A stretch of DNA of 64,000 nt from an uncultured Solirubrobacteraceae bacterium (GTDB lineage: Bacteria; Actinomycetota; Thermoleophilia; Solirubrobacterales; Solirubrobacteraceae). The translations under genes and the position numbers were made by a program. Numbering within the stretch: the first letter of the stretch is position 1; every line of letters begins with the position of its first letter. The stretch spans positions 364,433-428,432 of the forward strand of contig CAWEXM010000006.1 in NCBI GenBank assembly GCA_963813055.1, in the 5' to 3' direction. The notes under the pieces were generated by a model. The model worked only from the letters and a program-made list of their open reading frames with translations. It had not been told where the DNA came from and searched no databases. This document shows positions 44,357 through 53,421 of the stretch, in pieces.

Positions 44357-45439
44357 ATGGACATCGATTTCGCGGACCTCCTGATGGAGGTCGTCAACCG
44401 CCGCGCCTCCGACCTGCACCTCACCTCCGGCGCCCACCCCACGGTGCGCGTGCGCGGCCGGCTGGTGCCGCTGGAGGAATACCCCAAGCTGGCCACGACG
44501 GACACCCGCGAGATCGTCTACTCGATCCTCACCGGCGATCAGCGCCAGCGCCTGGAGACGGATTGGCAGCTGGACTTCGCCTACTCGATCCCCGGCCACG
44601 CGCGCTTCCGCGTCAACGCCTACTACCAGCGCGGCGCGATCGGCGCGGCGTTCCGCCTGATCCCCTTCGGCATGACCTCGATCGACGAGCTGGGCCTGCC
44701 CCCGGCGGTGCACGAGTTCACGCGCCGCCCGCGCGGCTTCGTGCTCGTCACGGGCCCCACCGGCTCGGGCAAGAGCACCTCGCTGGCGGCGATGATCGAT
44801 GAGATCAACAGCACGCGCGAGGAGCACATCATGACGATCGAGGACCCGATCGAGTTCCTGCACGGGCACAAGAAGTGCATCGTCAACCAGCGCGAGCTGG
44901 GCTCCGACGCGCACAGCTTCGGCGACGCTCTGAAGGCCGCGCTGCGCGAGGACCCCGACGTGATCCTCGTCGGAGAGATGCGCGACCTGGAGACGATCTC
45001 AACCGCCCTGACCGCCGCTGAGACCGGGCACCTCGTGTTCGCGACCCTGCACACGCAGGACTCCGCGCAGACGATCGACCGCATCATCGATGTGTTCCCC
45101 GCCCACCAGCAGGGCCAGGTGCGCGTGCAGCTGTCGGTGGCGCTGCAGGGCATCATGACCCAGCAGCTGCTGCCCACCGCCGACGGCTCCGGCCGCGTGG
45201 CGGCGTGCGAGGTGCTCGTGCCGAACCCCGCGATCCGCAACCTGATCCGCGAGGGCAAGACCCATCAGATCTACTCCGTGCTGCAGACCAGCTCCGCGTC
45301 GGGCATGCAGACGATGGACACCTCGCTGGCGACGCTCGTGCGCCAGGGCAAGATCACGCAGAAGCTCGCCGAAGCGCGCTCCTCCACGCCGGATGAGCTG
45401 CGGCGCTTGATGGGCGCGGGCACGCTGGCGGCGGCGTAG
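44357..45439 (+). CDS. pilT: type IV pilus retraction ATPase PilT
   Basis: GPTGSGKSTS, TIEDPIE, ALREDPDVILVGEMRD, AIRNLIRE, GMQTMD. Confidence 0.96.
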   Translation: MDIDFADLLMEVVNRRASDLHLTSGAHPTVRVRGRLVPLEEYPKLATTDTREIVYSILTGDQRQRLETDWQLDFAYSIPGHARFRVNAYYQRGAIGAAFRLIPFGMTSIDELGLPPAVHEFTRRPRGFVLVTGPTGSGKSTSLAAMIDEINSTREEHIMTIEDPIEFLHGHKKCIVNQRELGSDAHSFGDALKAALREDPDVILVGEMRDLETISTALTAAETGHLVFATLHTQDSAQTIDRIIDVFPAHQQGQVRVQLSVALQGIMTQQLLPTADGSGRVAACEVLVPNPAIRNLIREGKTHQIYSVLQTSSASGMQTMDTSLATLVRQGKITQKLAEARSSTPDELRRLMGAGTLAAA

Positions 45440-45463
45440 GGGGAGGCGGGTGGGATCTAAACC

Positions 45464-46672
45464 ATGAGCACGTATGTATTCAAGGCCATCGACGCAGCCG
45501 GCGGCAAGGCCCGCGGCGAGGTCGAGGCGGAGTCCAAGCAGGCGGTCTCCGACCAGCTGAAGGCACGCGGCCTGATCGTCCTCGACATCGCCGACAAGGG
45601 CGGCTCGAAGGACATCGAACTCAGCTTCATGAAGCGCGTCAAGCCCGCCGAGCTGGCGGTCTTCTCGCGCCAGCTCTCGACGATGATCTCCTCCGGCATG
45701 AGCATCCTGCGGGCGCTGTACGTGCTCGAGGAGCAGACCGAGAGCAAGTACCTCAAAGAAACGATCGTCGCGGTGCGCAAGGACGTCGAGGCGGGCCTGT
45801 CGCTGAGCGACTCGATGGCGCGCCACCCGAAGGTTTTCAACCCGCTGTTCGTCGCGATGACGCAGGCGGGGGAGATGGGAGGCGTGCTCGAGGATGCGCT
45901 GATCCGCGTCGCCGACCAGATGCAGAAGGACGCCGCGCTGCGCCGCCAGATCAAATCCGCGATGGTCTACCCGGTCCTCGTGATCATCTTCGCCGTCGGC
46001 GTGATGATGGCGCTCGTCGCGTTCCTCGTGCCCGTGTTCGTCGGCGTGTTCAAGCAGTTCGGCGGCGAACTGCCCAAGCTGACGCAGGTGTCGGTGTTCC
46101 TCTCGGAAATGGTCACCGGCTACTGGTGGCTGATGTTCCTCTCCACCGCCGTGATCGCGATCACGTTCATCAAGTGGAAGAAAACCTCGTGGGGACGGCG
46201 CCAGTGGGACCACTTCCGTCTGCACGTGCCCGCGAAGATCGGCACGATTGTCCAGCAGGTCGCGGTCGCGCGCTGGTCGCGCACGCTCGCCTCGCTAACG
46301 GGCGCCGGCGTGCCGCTGCTGCAGGCGCTCGAGATCACCGGCCGCACCGGCGGCAACGTGGCCGTCGAGGAAGCGATGGACGGCGTGATCGCGTCGGTCA
46401 AGCGCGGAGGCACGATCGCCGCGCCGCTCGCCGCGGCGCCTTTGTTCCCCGCGATGGTCACCCACATGGTGGGCGTCGGCGAGGAGACTGGCGCGCTCGA
46501 TCAGATGCTCGACCGCGTGGCGGAGTTCTACGAGGAACAGGTGGAAGCGTCGGTGAAGGCGCTAACGTCGATCCTCGAGCCGATCATGATCGTGGTGATC
46601 GGCGGGATCGTGGGTTTCATCGTGATTTCGATGTACCTGCCGTTGTTCGAAGTTTACAACCACATCGGTTAG
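45464..46672 (+). CDS. pilC: type IV pilus platform protein PilC (GspF family)
   Basis: FSRQLSTMI, AGEMGG, SAMVYP, GEETGALD, LEPIMIV, MYLPLF. Confidence 0.95.
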   Translation: MSTYVFKAIDAAGGKARGEVEAESKQAVSDQLKARGLIVLDIADKGGSKDIELSFMKRVKPAELAVFSRQLSTMISSGMSILRALYVLEEQTESKYLKETIVAVRKDVEAGLSLSDSMARHPKVFNPLFVAMTQAGEMGGVLEDALIRVADQMQKDAALRRQIKSAMVYPVLVIIFAVGVMMALVAFLVPVFVGVFKQFGGELPKLTQVSVFLSEMVTGYWWLMFLSTAVIAITFIKWKKTSWGRRQWDHFRLHVPAKIGTIVQQVAVARWSRTLASLTGAGVPLLQALEITGRTGGNVAVEEAMDGVIASVKRGGTIAAPLAAAPLFPAMVTHMVGVGEETGALDQMLDRVAEFYEEQVEASVKALTSILEPIMIVVIGGIVGFIVISMYLPLFEVYNHIG

Positions 46673-47853
46673 CGCTCAGCGCTGAGCTGCACCTTCCCGC
46701 CGCTGACGGAGAGCGAAATCCCGCCGTCGAGGAGCCGCAGCAGCTCCGCTCCGGCCAGCTCCCGACGCCAGCCGCGCAGGGTGCGCACGTCCGCCTCCTG
46801 TTCGCCATTTCGGGCGGCGGCGACGATCGCCTGCAGGTCGGCGCGGGCGGCGAGCAGCTCGTAGGCGAGACCCGCCTCGCGCGCTCTGGCGCGCAGCAGC
46901 GCCTCGCCCAACGCCACGAGCGGCGCGTCGTCGGGGCGGGGGGCGGGGGGGCGCGATCCGGGCGGCGGGGGGTCGGGCTCGCGCTGGCGGCCGCGCTGGA
47001 TCGCCGTCAGCAGGTCATCCGCGCGCCTGCCCGAGCCGTTCGCGCCGACGCCGCGGATCTTCTCCAGCTCGCCCCGCGATGAGGGTTTGCGCCTGGCGAG
47101 CTCCACGAGCGCGGCGTCGCTGAGCACGCCCTGCACGGGCCGGTTCTGGCGCTCGGCGGTCTGCTCGCGCCACTCCACCAGCTCGCGCGCGACCGGGCGC
47201 GCGGAGGCGCTCAGGCCGCCGATCCGCGGCAGGCGCGAGAAGATCGTCTCGGGGACACGCTCGTCGCTGGAGTTGGCGAGCGGCTCGCACTCCTCGCGCG
47301 CCCACTCCAGGCGCCCGAGCGCCGCGAGGCGCCGCTGCAGCTCGCTCGCCAGCTCGAGCAGGTGCACGACGTCTCCGCGCGCGTACTCCACCTGCTCGCG
47401 CGAGAGCGGGCGCGCGTCCCAGCGCGTGAAGCTCGCGGTCTTCTCGACGCGCAGGCCGAGGATCTCGGTGAGCAGCGCGTCGTATGAGCTCTGCGCGCTG
47501 AGGCCCGCGAAGCCAGCGGCGACCTGCGTGTCGAACACGTTGCGCACCTCCGTATGGAAGTGGCGGCGCATCAGCGCGATGTCCTGGCGGCCCGCGTGCA
47601 CGACCACCTCGATCGCGGGGTCGGCGAGCACGTCGCACAGCGGCGCGCCGTCGAGGCCCTCCGCGAGCGGGTCGACGATCAGCGTGGGCTCGCCCTCGTG
47701 AGCGCCCTCGGGGATCGCGAGCTGCACGAGACACAGAAGCGTGCGGTAGCGACCCTCGCCCATGAACTCCGTATCCAGCGCGAGCCGCCCGGCCCTGCGT
47801 GCGCCCTCCGCGAGCGCGCGCAGCTGCTCGCTCTGCGTGTCGGGCGCGCTCAC
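46669..47853 (-). CDS. rnd: ribonuclease D (3'-5' exonuclease + HRDC)
   Basis: ALDTEF, LCLVQL, HAGRQD, FDTQVAA, W..RPLS..Q..YA.GDV, HRDC WRE..A...N.P. Confidence 0.9.
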   Translation of the reverse strand: MSAPDTQSEQLRALAEGARRAGRLALDTEFMGEGRYRTLLCLVQLAIPEGAHEGEPTLIVDPLAEGLDGAPLCDVLADPAIEVVVHAGRQDIALMRRHFHTEVRNVFDTQVAAGFAGLSAQSSYDALLTEILGLRVEKTASFTRWDARPLSREQVEYARGDVVHLLELASELQRRLAALGRLEWAREECEPLANSSDERVPETIFSRLPRIGGLSASARPVARELVEWREQTAERQNRPVQGVLSDAALVELARRKPSSRGELEKIRGVGANGSGRRADDLLTAIQRGRQREPDPPPPGSRPPAPRPDDAPLVALGEALLRARAREAGLAYELLAARADLQAIVAAARNGEQEADVRTLRGWRRELAGAELLRLLDGGISLSVSGGKVQLSAER

Positions 47854-49721
47854 GGCGCGACGCTGGGCAGCCGGTACAGCAGCCCGTCTCTGCCCAGCCC
47901 CGCCTGTCGCGAGACGTCGGTGGCGTGCGCGCGGATCCACTTCACCGGCGCCGAGCACGCCGGGTTGGTGGGGCCGGCGTGCCGGCCGCAGAACGAGTTG
48001 AGGAACGCGTAGCGCACCCGTCCCTGGGCGGTCAGCTGCTGGAGCTTTGAGATCGGCGTGAACACGCGGCCCGCATAGCTTGTCAGCACGAGCACCGGAC
48101 GGGCGTCCTGCACGATCAGCGAGCCGATCGCCGTGGCTGACGCGGCCGCCAGCTCGTAGCGGGCGCCGTCCTGGTGCGCGCGCAGGTAGCTGCTCAACAG
48201 GCGCTGCTCTTCGCTCGGCAGCGCGCCCACGTAGCCCGCGTCGGTGACGTGCGTTTCGATCGCCGTCACGTCCGCATAGACGGGCACCGCGAGGATCGCC
48301 GCGAGCGTCAACGTCACGGCGCCCGCGCGGGCTCCAAATCCGGGAATACGGACCAGCGCGAGCGCGCCAAGCGCGCCAACGAGCGACACCCACCACGCCA
48401 GGGGCGTGCCATACAGCAGCCGCTCGCCGTAGAAGGCTGCGACGGTGAGCGATCCCGCGAGGATCGCCAACTTCACCCGCGCCAGGCTGCGCTCGCCGGA
48501 GGGGGAGAGCGCCCACGCGACGCCGATCCCGAGCATCGCGGCGACCGCCGGGGTGAAGCCTTCGACGTAGCGCGGGTGCAGGCGCGCCATCTGGCTGAAC
48601 AGCACGACCCCGGTGAGCATCCACAGCCCAAGTCCGGCCGCGGCGGCTCGTCGCAGCCGCGTGCTCGTCTCGTTGGTGGCCGGGTCCGGATCCGTGGCGA
48701 GGTCAGGCGCGGCCCGCGCGTCTCGTGCCTCGCGCACGCCCCACAAAAGCGCCGGCACTCCCAGCAGCAGTGCGAGGAGCGCCTCCATTCCGAGGCGCTC
48801 GCCGGAGAGCGGGCCGATGCGGCTCAACAGGCGCGTGGCGGACGGCGGCACGATCGGGATGCGATCGCGGTCGGCCTGCGTGGCCACGGGGTAGCGGTGG
48901 CCTGGGTCATAGAGGCTGGTCTGCGGTTCGGAGGATTTGCCGCCCAGCCGGTCGCTGCCGTTGAACACGAATGCGGCGTTCCACGCGCTGCCGTCGGTCG
49001 ACCCGATCGCGAACGGACGGTCGTGCGCGGGCGCGATCAGCGTGGCGGTGAGCCACGACAGCGCGACCGCGACGTAGACGACCGCGGCGAGCGCCATCCA
49101 CGAGATGCGTCGCGCGCGGGTGCCGGGGAGCCCAAAGTAGACGAACGCCACGAGGCCGGGGAGCGCGATGAGCGACTCGAGCAGCTTGACGTTGAACGCC
49201 AGCCCGAGCGCCGCGGCGCCGACGAGCAGCCAGCCGCGCTGCCCGGTCTCCACGGCGCGCACGAACGCCAGCAGCGCGAGCACGAGCACGAGCATCATCA
49301 CCGCGTCCATCGTGTCGCTGCGCGAGGTGATCACCGCGATCGGCAGCACGGCGAGGGCAGCCGCGGCCGCCAGTCCCGCGGTGGCGCTCCACATGCGGCG
49401 CACCGCGACGTAGAGGAGCGGGACCGCGGCGGTTCCCGCGAGCGCCTCGGGCAGCTTGAGCGTGGTGGAGTTGAACCCGAGCAGCTTCACGCTCGCGACC
49501 TGCAGCCACAGGTCGATCGGCGGCTTGTCGATCGACACGCTCCCACCAGGCTCGTACGCGCCGAAGAAGAAGTTGTGCCACGACAGGCTCATGCTGCGCA
49601 CGGCCGCGTCGTAGAACGGGTCGGGGGAGACCCGGCCGATGTACAGCAGCCGCAGCCCCGCCGCGCCGAGCGTGATCGCCGCCACCGCAGCCCACTCGGC
49701 GCGTCTGCCCGGACTCCTCAT
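47850..49721 (-). CDS. GT39/PMT-ArnT-like (GT-C) glycosyltransferase
   Basis: FYDAAVRSMSLSWHNFFF, IDKPP, GLAFNVK, RPFAIGS; many TM segments. Confidence 0.85.
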   Translation of the reverse strand: MRSPGRRAEWAAVAAITLGAAGLRLLYIGRVSPDPFYDAAVRSMSLSWHNFFFGAYEPGGSVSIDKPPIDLWLQVASVKLLGFNSTTLKLPEALAGTAAVPLLYVAVRRMWSATAGLAAAAALAVLPIAVITSRSDTMDAVMMLVLVLALLAFVRAVETGQRGWLLVGAAALGLAFNVKLLESLIALPGLVAFVYFGLPGTRARRISWMALAAVVYVAVALSWLTATLIAPAHDRPFAIGSTDGSAWNAAFVFNGSDRLGGKSSEPQTSLYDPGHRYPVATQADRDRIPIVPPSATRLLSRIGPLSGERLGMEALLALLLGVPALLWGVREARDARAAPDLATDPDPATNETSTRLRRAAAAGLGLWMLTGVVLFSQMARLHPRYVEGFTPAVAAMLGIGVAWALSPSGERSLARVKLAILAGSLTVAAFYGERLLYGTPLAWWVSLVGALGALALVRIPGFGARAGAVTLTLAAILAVPVYADVTAIETHVTDAGYVGALPSEEQRLLSSYLRAHQDGARYELAAASATAIGSLIVQDARPVLVLTSYAGRVFTPISKLQQLTAQGRVRYAFLNSFCGRHAGPTNPACSAPVKWIRAHATDVSRQAGLGRDGLLYRLPSVAP

Positions 49722-49747
49722 CGCGGGAACGCTAGTCTCATCGCAAG

Positions 49748-49990
49748 ATGGCTCGCGAAAACGACGACAGCGACGCGGAGGAGCGGCCCGATGGGTCCGC
49801 CGAGTCGCGCGAATGCATGGCCTGTCGTGGCAGCGGCAAGGTGATCAGCAACCTCGGGGGCACGCCCAACGACACCGCCTGCCCGTGGTGCGGCGGCGGA
49901 GGGGTGCGCCTGGCGGACGTCGACGCGCAGGCGAAGTGGCCGGCGAACGAGGTGCCGGCCCCGCAGGAGACCGTTGTGCTCGAGAAATAA
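49748..49990 (+). CDS. small DnaJ-type zinc-finger protein
   Basis: CMACRGSG and CPWCGGGG (two CxxCxGxG). Confidence 0.7.
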   Translation: MARENDDSDAEERPDGSAESRECMACRGSGKVISNLGGTPNDTACPWCGGGGVRLADVDAQAKWPANEVPAPQETVVLEK

Positions 49991-50014
49991 TGCGTCCAGG
50001 CTTTCATGCAGCTA

Positions 50015-50042
50015 TAAAGGTCACCTTCAGGAGAGTCGATGC
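50015..50042 (+). promoter_or_regulatory. sigma-28/WhiG-type promoter for pilin 1
   Basis: TAAAG-N15-GTCGATGC. Confidence 0.7.
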
Positions 50043-50055
50043 ACCGGCTGACAAG

Positions 50056-50162
50056 GCCAGTGCCGAGGTGCCAAGGCAAGCACTCGAAAGGTGCGCAGCA
50101 AAGCCGGCGGCTCTCGAATCAGGGGGACGCATCGCCGCTTGAGGCGATTACCGAGGGCTGGC
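50056..50162 (+). ncRNA. c-di-GMP-I (GEMM)-like riboswitch, variant
   Basis: GGCAA-GCACUC-GAAA-GGUGC-GCAGC-AAAGCC...AUUACCGA parallels the GEMM core GGCAAA-stem-GAAA-stem-GACGCAAAGCC...UUACCGA; lies between the promoter and the AGGAGG RBS. Confidence 0.5.
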
Positions 50163-50192
50163 GCCCATGTAAGAGATCCTAGGAGGATCACC

Positions 50193-50645
50193 ATGCTGTA
50201 TCGACTGCGCCAGCGCTCGACCGATGAGGGTGGTTTTACCCTCATCGAGCTCCTGGTCGTCATCCTGATCATCGGCATCTTGGCCGCGATCGCGATTCCG
50301 TCGTTCCTGAACCAGAAAGGCAAGGCGTACGACGCTTCGGCGAAGGAGCTTGCACGTACGGCTCAGACGGCCGCGGAGACCATCTCCACGGACAACAACG
50401 GGGAATACACGAAAGTGACCCAGGCCGAATTGAAAGCATACGAGGCGACGATTCAGATCGCTGCCGGTGGAAACAACGCATACATCAGCGCTGCCACGGG
50501 CAACGGGAACTCGTACACGGTGACCGCGACAGCCGCGAGCACTGGTGACAAATTCTCTGTCACCAGGAACAGCGAAGGCGTGGTCAGCCGCTCGTGCACT
50601 TCAGAAAGCAAAGGCTGCAACGGAGCCAACAGCGGTAGCTGGTAA
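50193..50645 (+). CDS. pilA: type IV major pilin 1
   Basis: Class III signal GG|FTLIELLVVILIIGILAAIAIP; C-terminal Cys pair; AGGAGG RBS. Confidence 0.93.
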   Translation: MLYRLRQRSTDEGGFTLIELLVVILIIGILAAIAIPSFLNQKGKAYDASAKELARTAQTAAETISTDNNGEYTKVTQAELKAYEATIQIAAGGNNAYISAATGNGNSYTVTATAASTGDKFSVTRNSEGVVSRSCTSESKGCNGANSGSW

Positions 50646-50689
50646 TCAATTCTGAGCTCTGCATCGGGCAGAGGCTCAGTTCGCTCACT

Positions 50690-50724
50690 GAAAAGAGGAC
50701 GGCCCCACGGGCCGTCCTCTTTTC
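50690..50724. terminator. intrinsic terminator (bidirectional type) after pilin 1
   Basis: GAAAAGAGGACGGCCC-CAC-GGGCCGTCCTCTTTTC perfect hairpin. Confidence 0.9.
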
Positions 50725-50746
50725 GTTGTATGTCCAGATGAGTTCT

Positions 50747-50774
50747 TAAAGGACCTCGGCTGCGATGCCGATAG
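50747..50774 (+). promoter_or_regulatory. sigma-28/WhiG-type promoter for pilin 2
   Basis: TAAAG-N15-GCCGATAG. Confidence 0.75.
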
Positions 50775-50779
50775 GGGGC

Positions 50780-51244
50780 GTGATGATACTTCGGCTCAAG
50801 CAGGCCATGCGAAGCGATCGGGGTTTCACCCTGATCGAGCTTCTTGTCGTGATCCTGATCATCGGCATTCTCGCCGCGATCGCGATCCCGGCGTTCTTGA
50901 ACCAGAAAAGCAAGGCGTACGACGCGTCGGCGAAGGAAATGGCTCGCACGGCGGGGTTGGCGGCCGAAACGTACGCGACCGACCACGCGGGTTCGTTTGC
51001 GGGCATCGAACCGAAAGTCCTGCATGAATACGATGCGGCGATCCAGACGGTCGCCGGTAACAACAACGCCTACCTGAGCGTCGCCAAAGAACAGGAAGGC
51101 GGCAAGGGCTACGTCGTGACCGCGGTGGCGCCGGGGACAAGCGGTGACACGTTCACGATCACGCACAAAGAAAACGGCGAAGTGTCGCGCACGTGCAAAG
51201 CGGAAACGAGCAACAAAGGCGGCTGTTCCAACAACAGCTGGTGA
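50780..51244 (+). CDS. pilA: type IV pilin 2 (paralogue)
   Basis: RG|FTLIELLVVILIIGILAAIAIP; start is GTG 50780 or ATG 50783. Confidence 0.9.
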   Translation: MMILRLKQAMRSDRGFTLIELLVVILIIGILAAIAIPAFLNQKSKAYDASAKEMARTAGLAAETYATDHAGSFAGIEPKVLHEYDAAIQTVAGNNNAYLSVAKEQEGGKGYVVTAVAPGTSGDTFTITHKENGEVSRTCKAETSNKGGCSNNSW

Positions 51245-51289
51245 GCGTCGCCCGTGGCCATCGCGCCGCGGTCGGGATTCGAACAAAGC

Positions 51290-51317
51290 TCAAGCGCCGC
51301 GCCGTATCTGCCGAGTA
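51290..51317 (+). promoter_or_regulatory. sigma-28/WhiG-type promoter for pilD
   Basis: TCAAG-N15-GCCGAGTA; ATG at 51325. Confidence 0.65.
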
Positions 51318-51324
51318 GCTGAAC

Positions 51325-52080
51325 ATGGAGGCTGCGACACTGGCGGGACTGCTCGGGGCGATCTTTGGATCGTTCCTGAACGTCGTCGCCTACCGCCTGC
51401 CGCGCCACGAGTCGCTCGTCACCCCGGCGTCGCACTGCCCCCGCTGCGGAACGCCGGTCAAGCCCTACGACAACATCCCCGTCCTGTCGTGGCTGCTTCT
51501 GCGTGGACACTGCCGCGGCTGCGGCGAGTCGATCTCGATTCGCTACCCGCTCGTGGAGGCGCTCACCGCCGCCCTATGCGTCGGGGCGGTGCTGAGCCAC
51601 GAATCGACAGTTGAGGTCTCGCTGTCGATCGTGCTGATCTTGCTGATCGTGCCGGCCGCGCTGATCGACCTCGAGCACCGCATCATCCCGAACCGCATCA
51701 CCGCCTTCGGCGCGCTCCTGGCGCTCGGCATCGGCCTCGCGCTCGACCCGTCGGGCGAGCCCGAGCGGCTGATCGCGGCGGCGGGCGCGGGCGGGTTCCT
51801 GCTGCTCGCCGCGCTCGCCTACCCGGGCGGCATGGGCATGGGCGACGTGAAGCTCGCGGGGATGATGGGACTGTTCCTCGGCGCCGCGGTCGCGCCCGCG
51901 ATCCTGATCGCCTTGATTACGGGAGTCGTACTCGGCATGGTCGTGATCGCGCGCAAGGGCGCGCAGGAGGGCCGCAAGACGGCCGTTCCCTTCGGGCCGT
52001 TCCTCGCGCTCGGTGCGCTGAGCGCGATCTTCGCGGGGCAGCAGCTCGTCGATCTTTACGTCAATCACTTCCTTCACTAA
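51325..52080 (+). CDS. pilD: prepilin peptidase
   Basis: GSFLNVV, two CxxC, NIPVLSW, RYPLVE, IDLEH..IP, GMGDVKL, PFGPFL. Confidence 0.96.
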   Translation: MEAATLAGLLGAIFGSFLNVVAYRLPRHESLVTPASHCPRCGTPVKPYDNIPVLSWLLLRGHCRGCGESISIRYPLVEALTAALCVGAVLSHESTVEVSLSIVLILLIVPAALIDLEHRIIPNRITAFGALLALGIGLALDPSGEPERLIAAAGAGGFLLLAALAYPGGMGMGDVKLAGMMGLFLGAAVAPAILIALITGVVLGMVVIARKGAQEGRKTAVPFGPFLALGALSAIFAGQQLVDLYVNHFLH

Positions 52081-52105
52081 AGCGTCGGAGGGTTGGCGCC
52101 GATAC
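52078..52105 (+). promoter_or_regulatory. sigma-28/WhiG-type promoter for pilMNO
   Basis: TAAAG-N15-GCCGATAC; the -35 overlaps the pilD stop codon. Confidence 0.75.
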
Positions 52106-52152
52106 CCCTCCTGCGGAGGATCGAAACCTTCGCCTGAAGCTTCACATTCACC

Positions 52153-53421
52153 ATGCAACTCCCCTCACGCATCCAAACCCCGAGCCTCAAGCTCAACATG
52201 AACATCGGTCGCCGCTCCGGCGCCGACGTCGTCGGCTTGGACATTCAGCCGGGCTTCGTGGCCGCGGTGAAGGCGAGGGTGAACGGCTCGATCCTCGCCG
52301 AGGAGGCGGCGGCGCTGCCGCTGCCCGCCGACGTGGTTCGCGATGGCGAAGTGATGGACCAGGACGTTCTCGCCGAGGCGCTGCGCGAGCTGTTCGGCCA
52401 GAGCAAGATGAACAAGCGCGTCCGCGTGGGCGTGGCCAACCAGCGCACGGTGCTGCGCACGCTCGAACTTCCCCCCGTCAGCGACCCGAAGGAACTGGCC
52501 GCGGCCGTGACCTTCCAGGCTCAGGACCAGGTGCCGATGCCGCTCAGCAACGCGGTGCTCGACTTCCACCCGCTCGGCGTCGTGGACACCCCCTCTGGTC
52601 CGCGCCAGCGCGTGGTGCTCGTCGCCGCACAGCGCGACATGGTCGAAAAGCTGCTCGCAGCCGTCCGCCGCGCGGGACTCACCCCCGAAGGCGTCGACCT
52701 GTCCGCCTTCGCGCTGATCCGCTCCCTCTACCGCCATGACCCCGAGCAGAGCGGGCGCGTGCTGTACCTGAACGTAGACGGGCTCACGAACCTGGCGATC
52801 GCCGAGGGCAAGATCTGCCACTTCACCCGCGTGGTCGGAAGCGGCCTCGAGGGCATGGCCGTCGAACTGGCCGAGCGTCGCGGCATCGCGCTGACCGAGG
52901 CGCGCGAGCTGCTGGCGGGCGCCGACCTCACGGTCCCCGCGCCAACGGCTGTGCCAGTCGTGGCGGAGCCGGTCGTGGAGGCGCACGAGCAGGACGCGAG
53001 CGACGGCGAGGAGCCGATGAGCTTGGTCGAGCAGGCCCAGTTGATCGCGGAAGGTGGCGGGCAGGAGGCACCGGCCCCCGCTGCACCTGCGCCCAGCGTC
53101 GAATCTCCCGCCGCCCCGCAGACCACGTCCGACTCCGAGCTGACGACGGTGCTCGAGAGCGGCATCCGCGAGATCTCCGGCGAGGTTCGCAACTCGCTCG
53201 ACTTTCACCGCTCCCAGGAGGGCGGCGGCGAGGTCTCCCACGTCATCCTCAGCGGCTCCGCCCAGGACATCCCCGGGTTCGCGCAGGCACTGCAGACCTC
53301 GCTCGGCCTGGAGGTGCGCAGCGAGACGATCGGACTTTGCGACGAGCACGTGGCGGACAACGTCTCCGCCCACCGACTGGCCGTGGCCACCGGCCTCGCG
53401 GCGTCGGAGGTGCCGCAATGA
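52153..53421 (+). CDS. pilM: type IV pilus assembly protein PilM
   Basis: VGLDI, actin-like fold, EVRNSLDF, ILSGS, VATGLA. Confidence 0.9.
   Translation: MQLPSRIQTPSLKLNMNIGRRSGADVVGLDIQPGFVAAVKARVNGSILAEEAAALPLPADVVRDGEVMDQDVLAEALRELFGQSKMNKRVRVGVANQRTVLRTLELPPVSDPKELAAAVTFQAQDQVPMPLSNAVLDFHPLGVVDTPSGPRQRVVLVAAQRDMVEKLLAAVRRAGLTPEGVDLSAFALIRSLYRHDPEQSGRVLYLNVDGLTNLAIAEGKICHFTRVVGSGLEGMAVELAERRGIALTEARELLAGADLTVPAPTAVPVVAEPVVEAHEQDASDGEEPMSLVEQAQLIAEGGGQEAPAPAAPAPSVESPAAPQTTSDSELTTVLESGIREISGEVRNSLDFHRSQEGGGEVSHVILSGSAQDIPGFAQALQTSLGLEVRSETIGLCDEHVADNVSAHRLAVATGLAASEVPQ

Noticed and set aside
50193-51244. Electrically conductive (Geobacter-type) pili, given the similar N-terminal helix and the cupredoxins elsewhere in the window
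   Set aside because: Both pilins are full length with modest aromatic content and lack the Tyr27 equivalent; no multiheme cytochromes occur in the window
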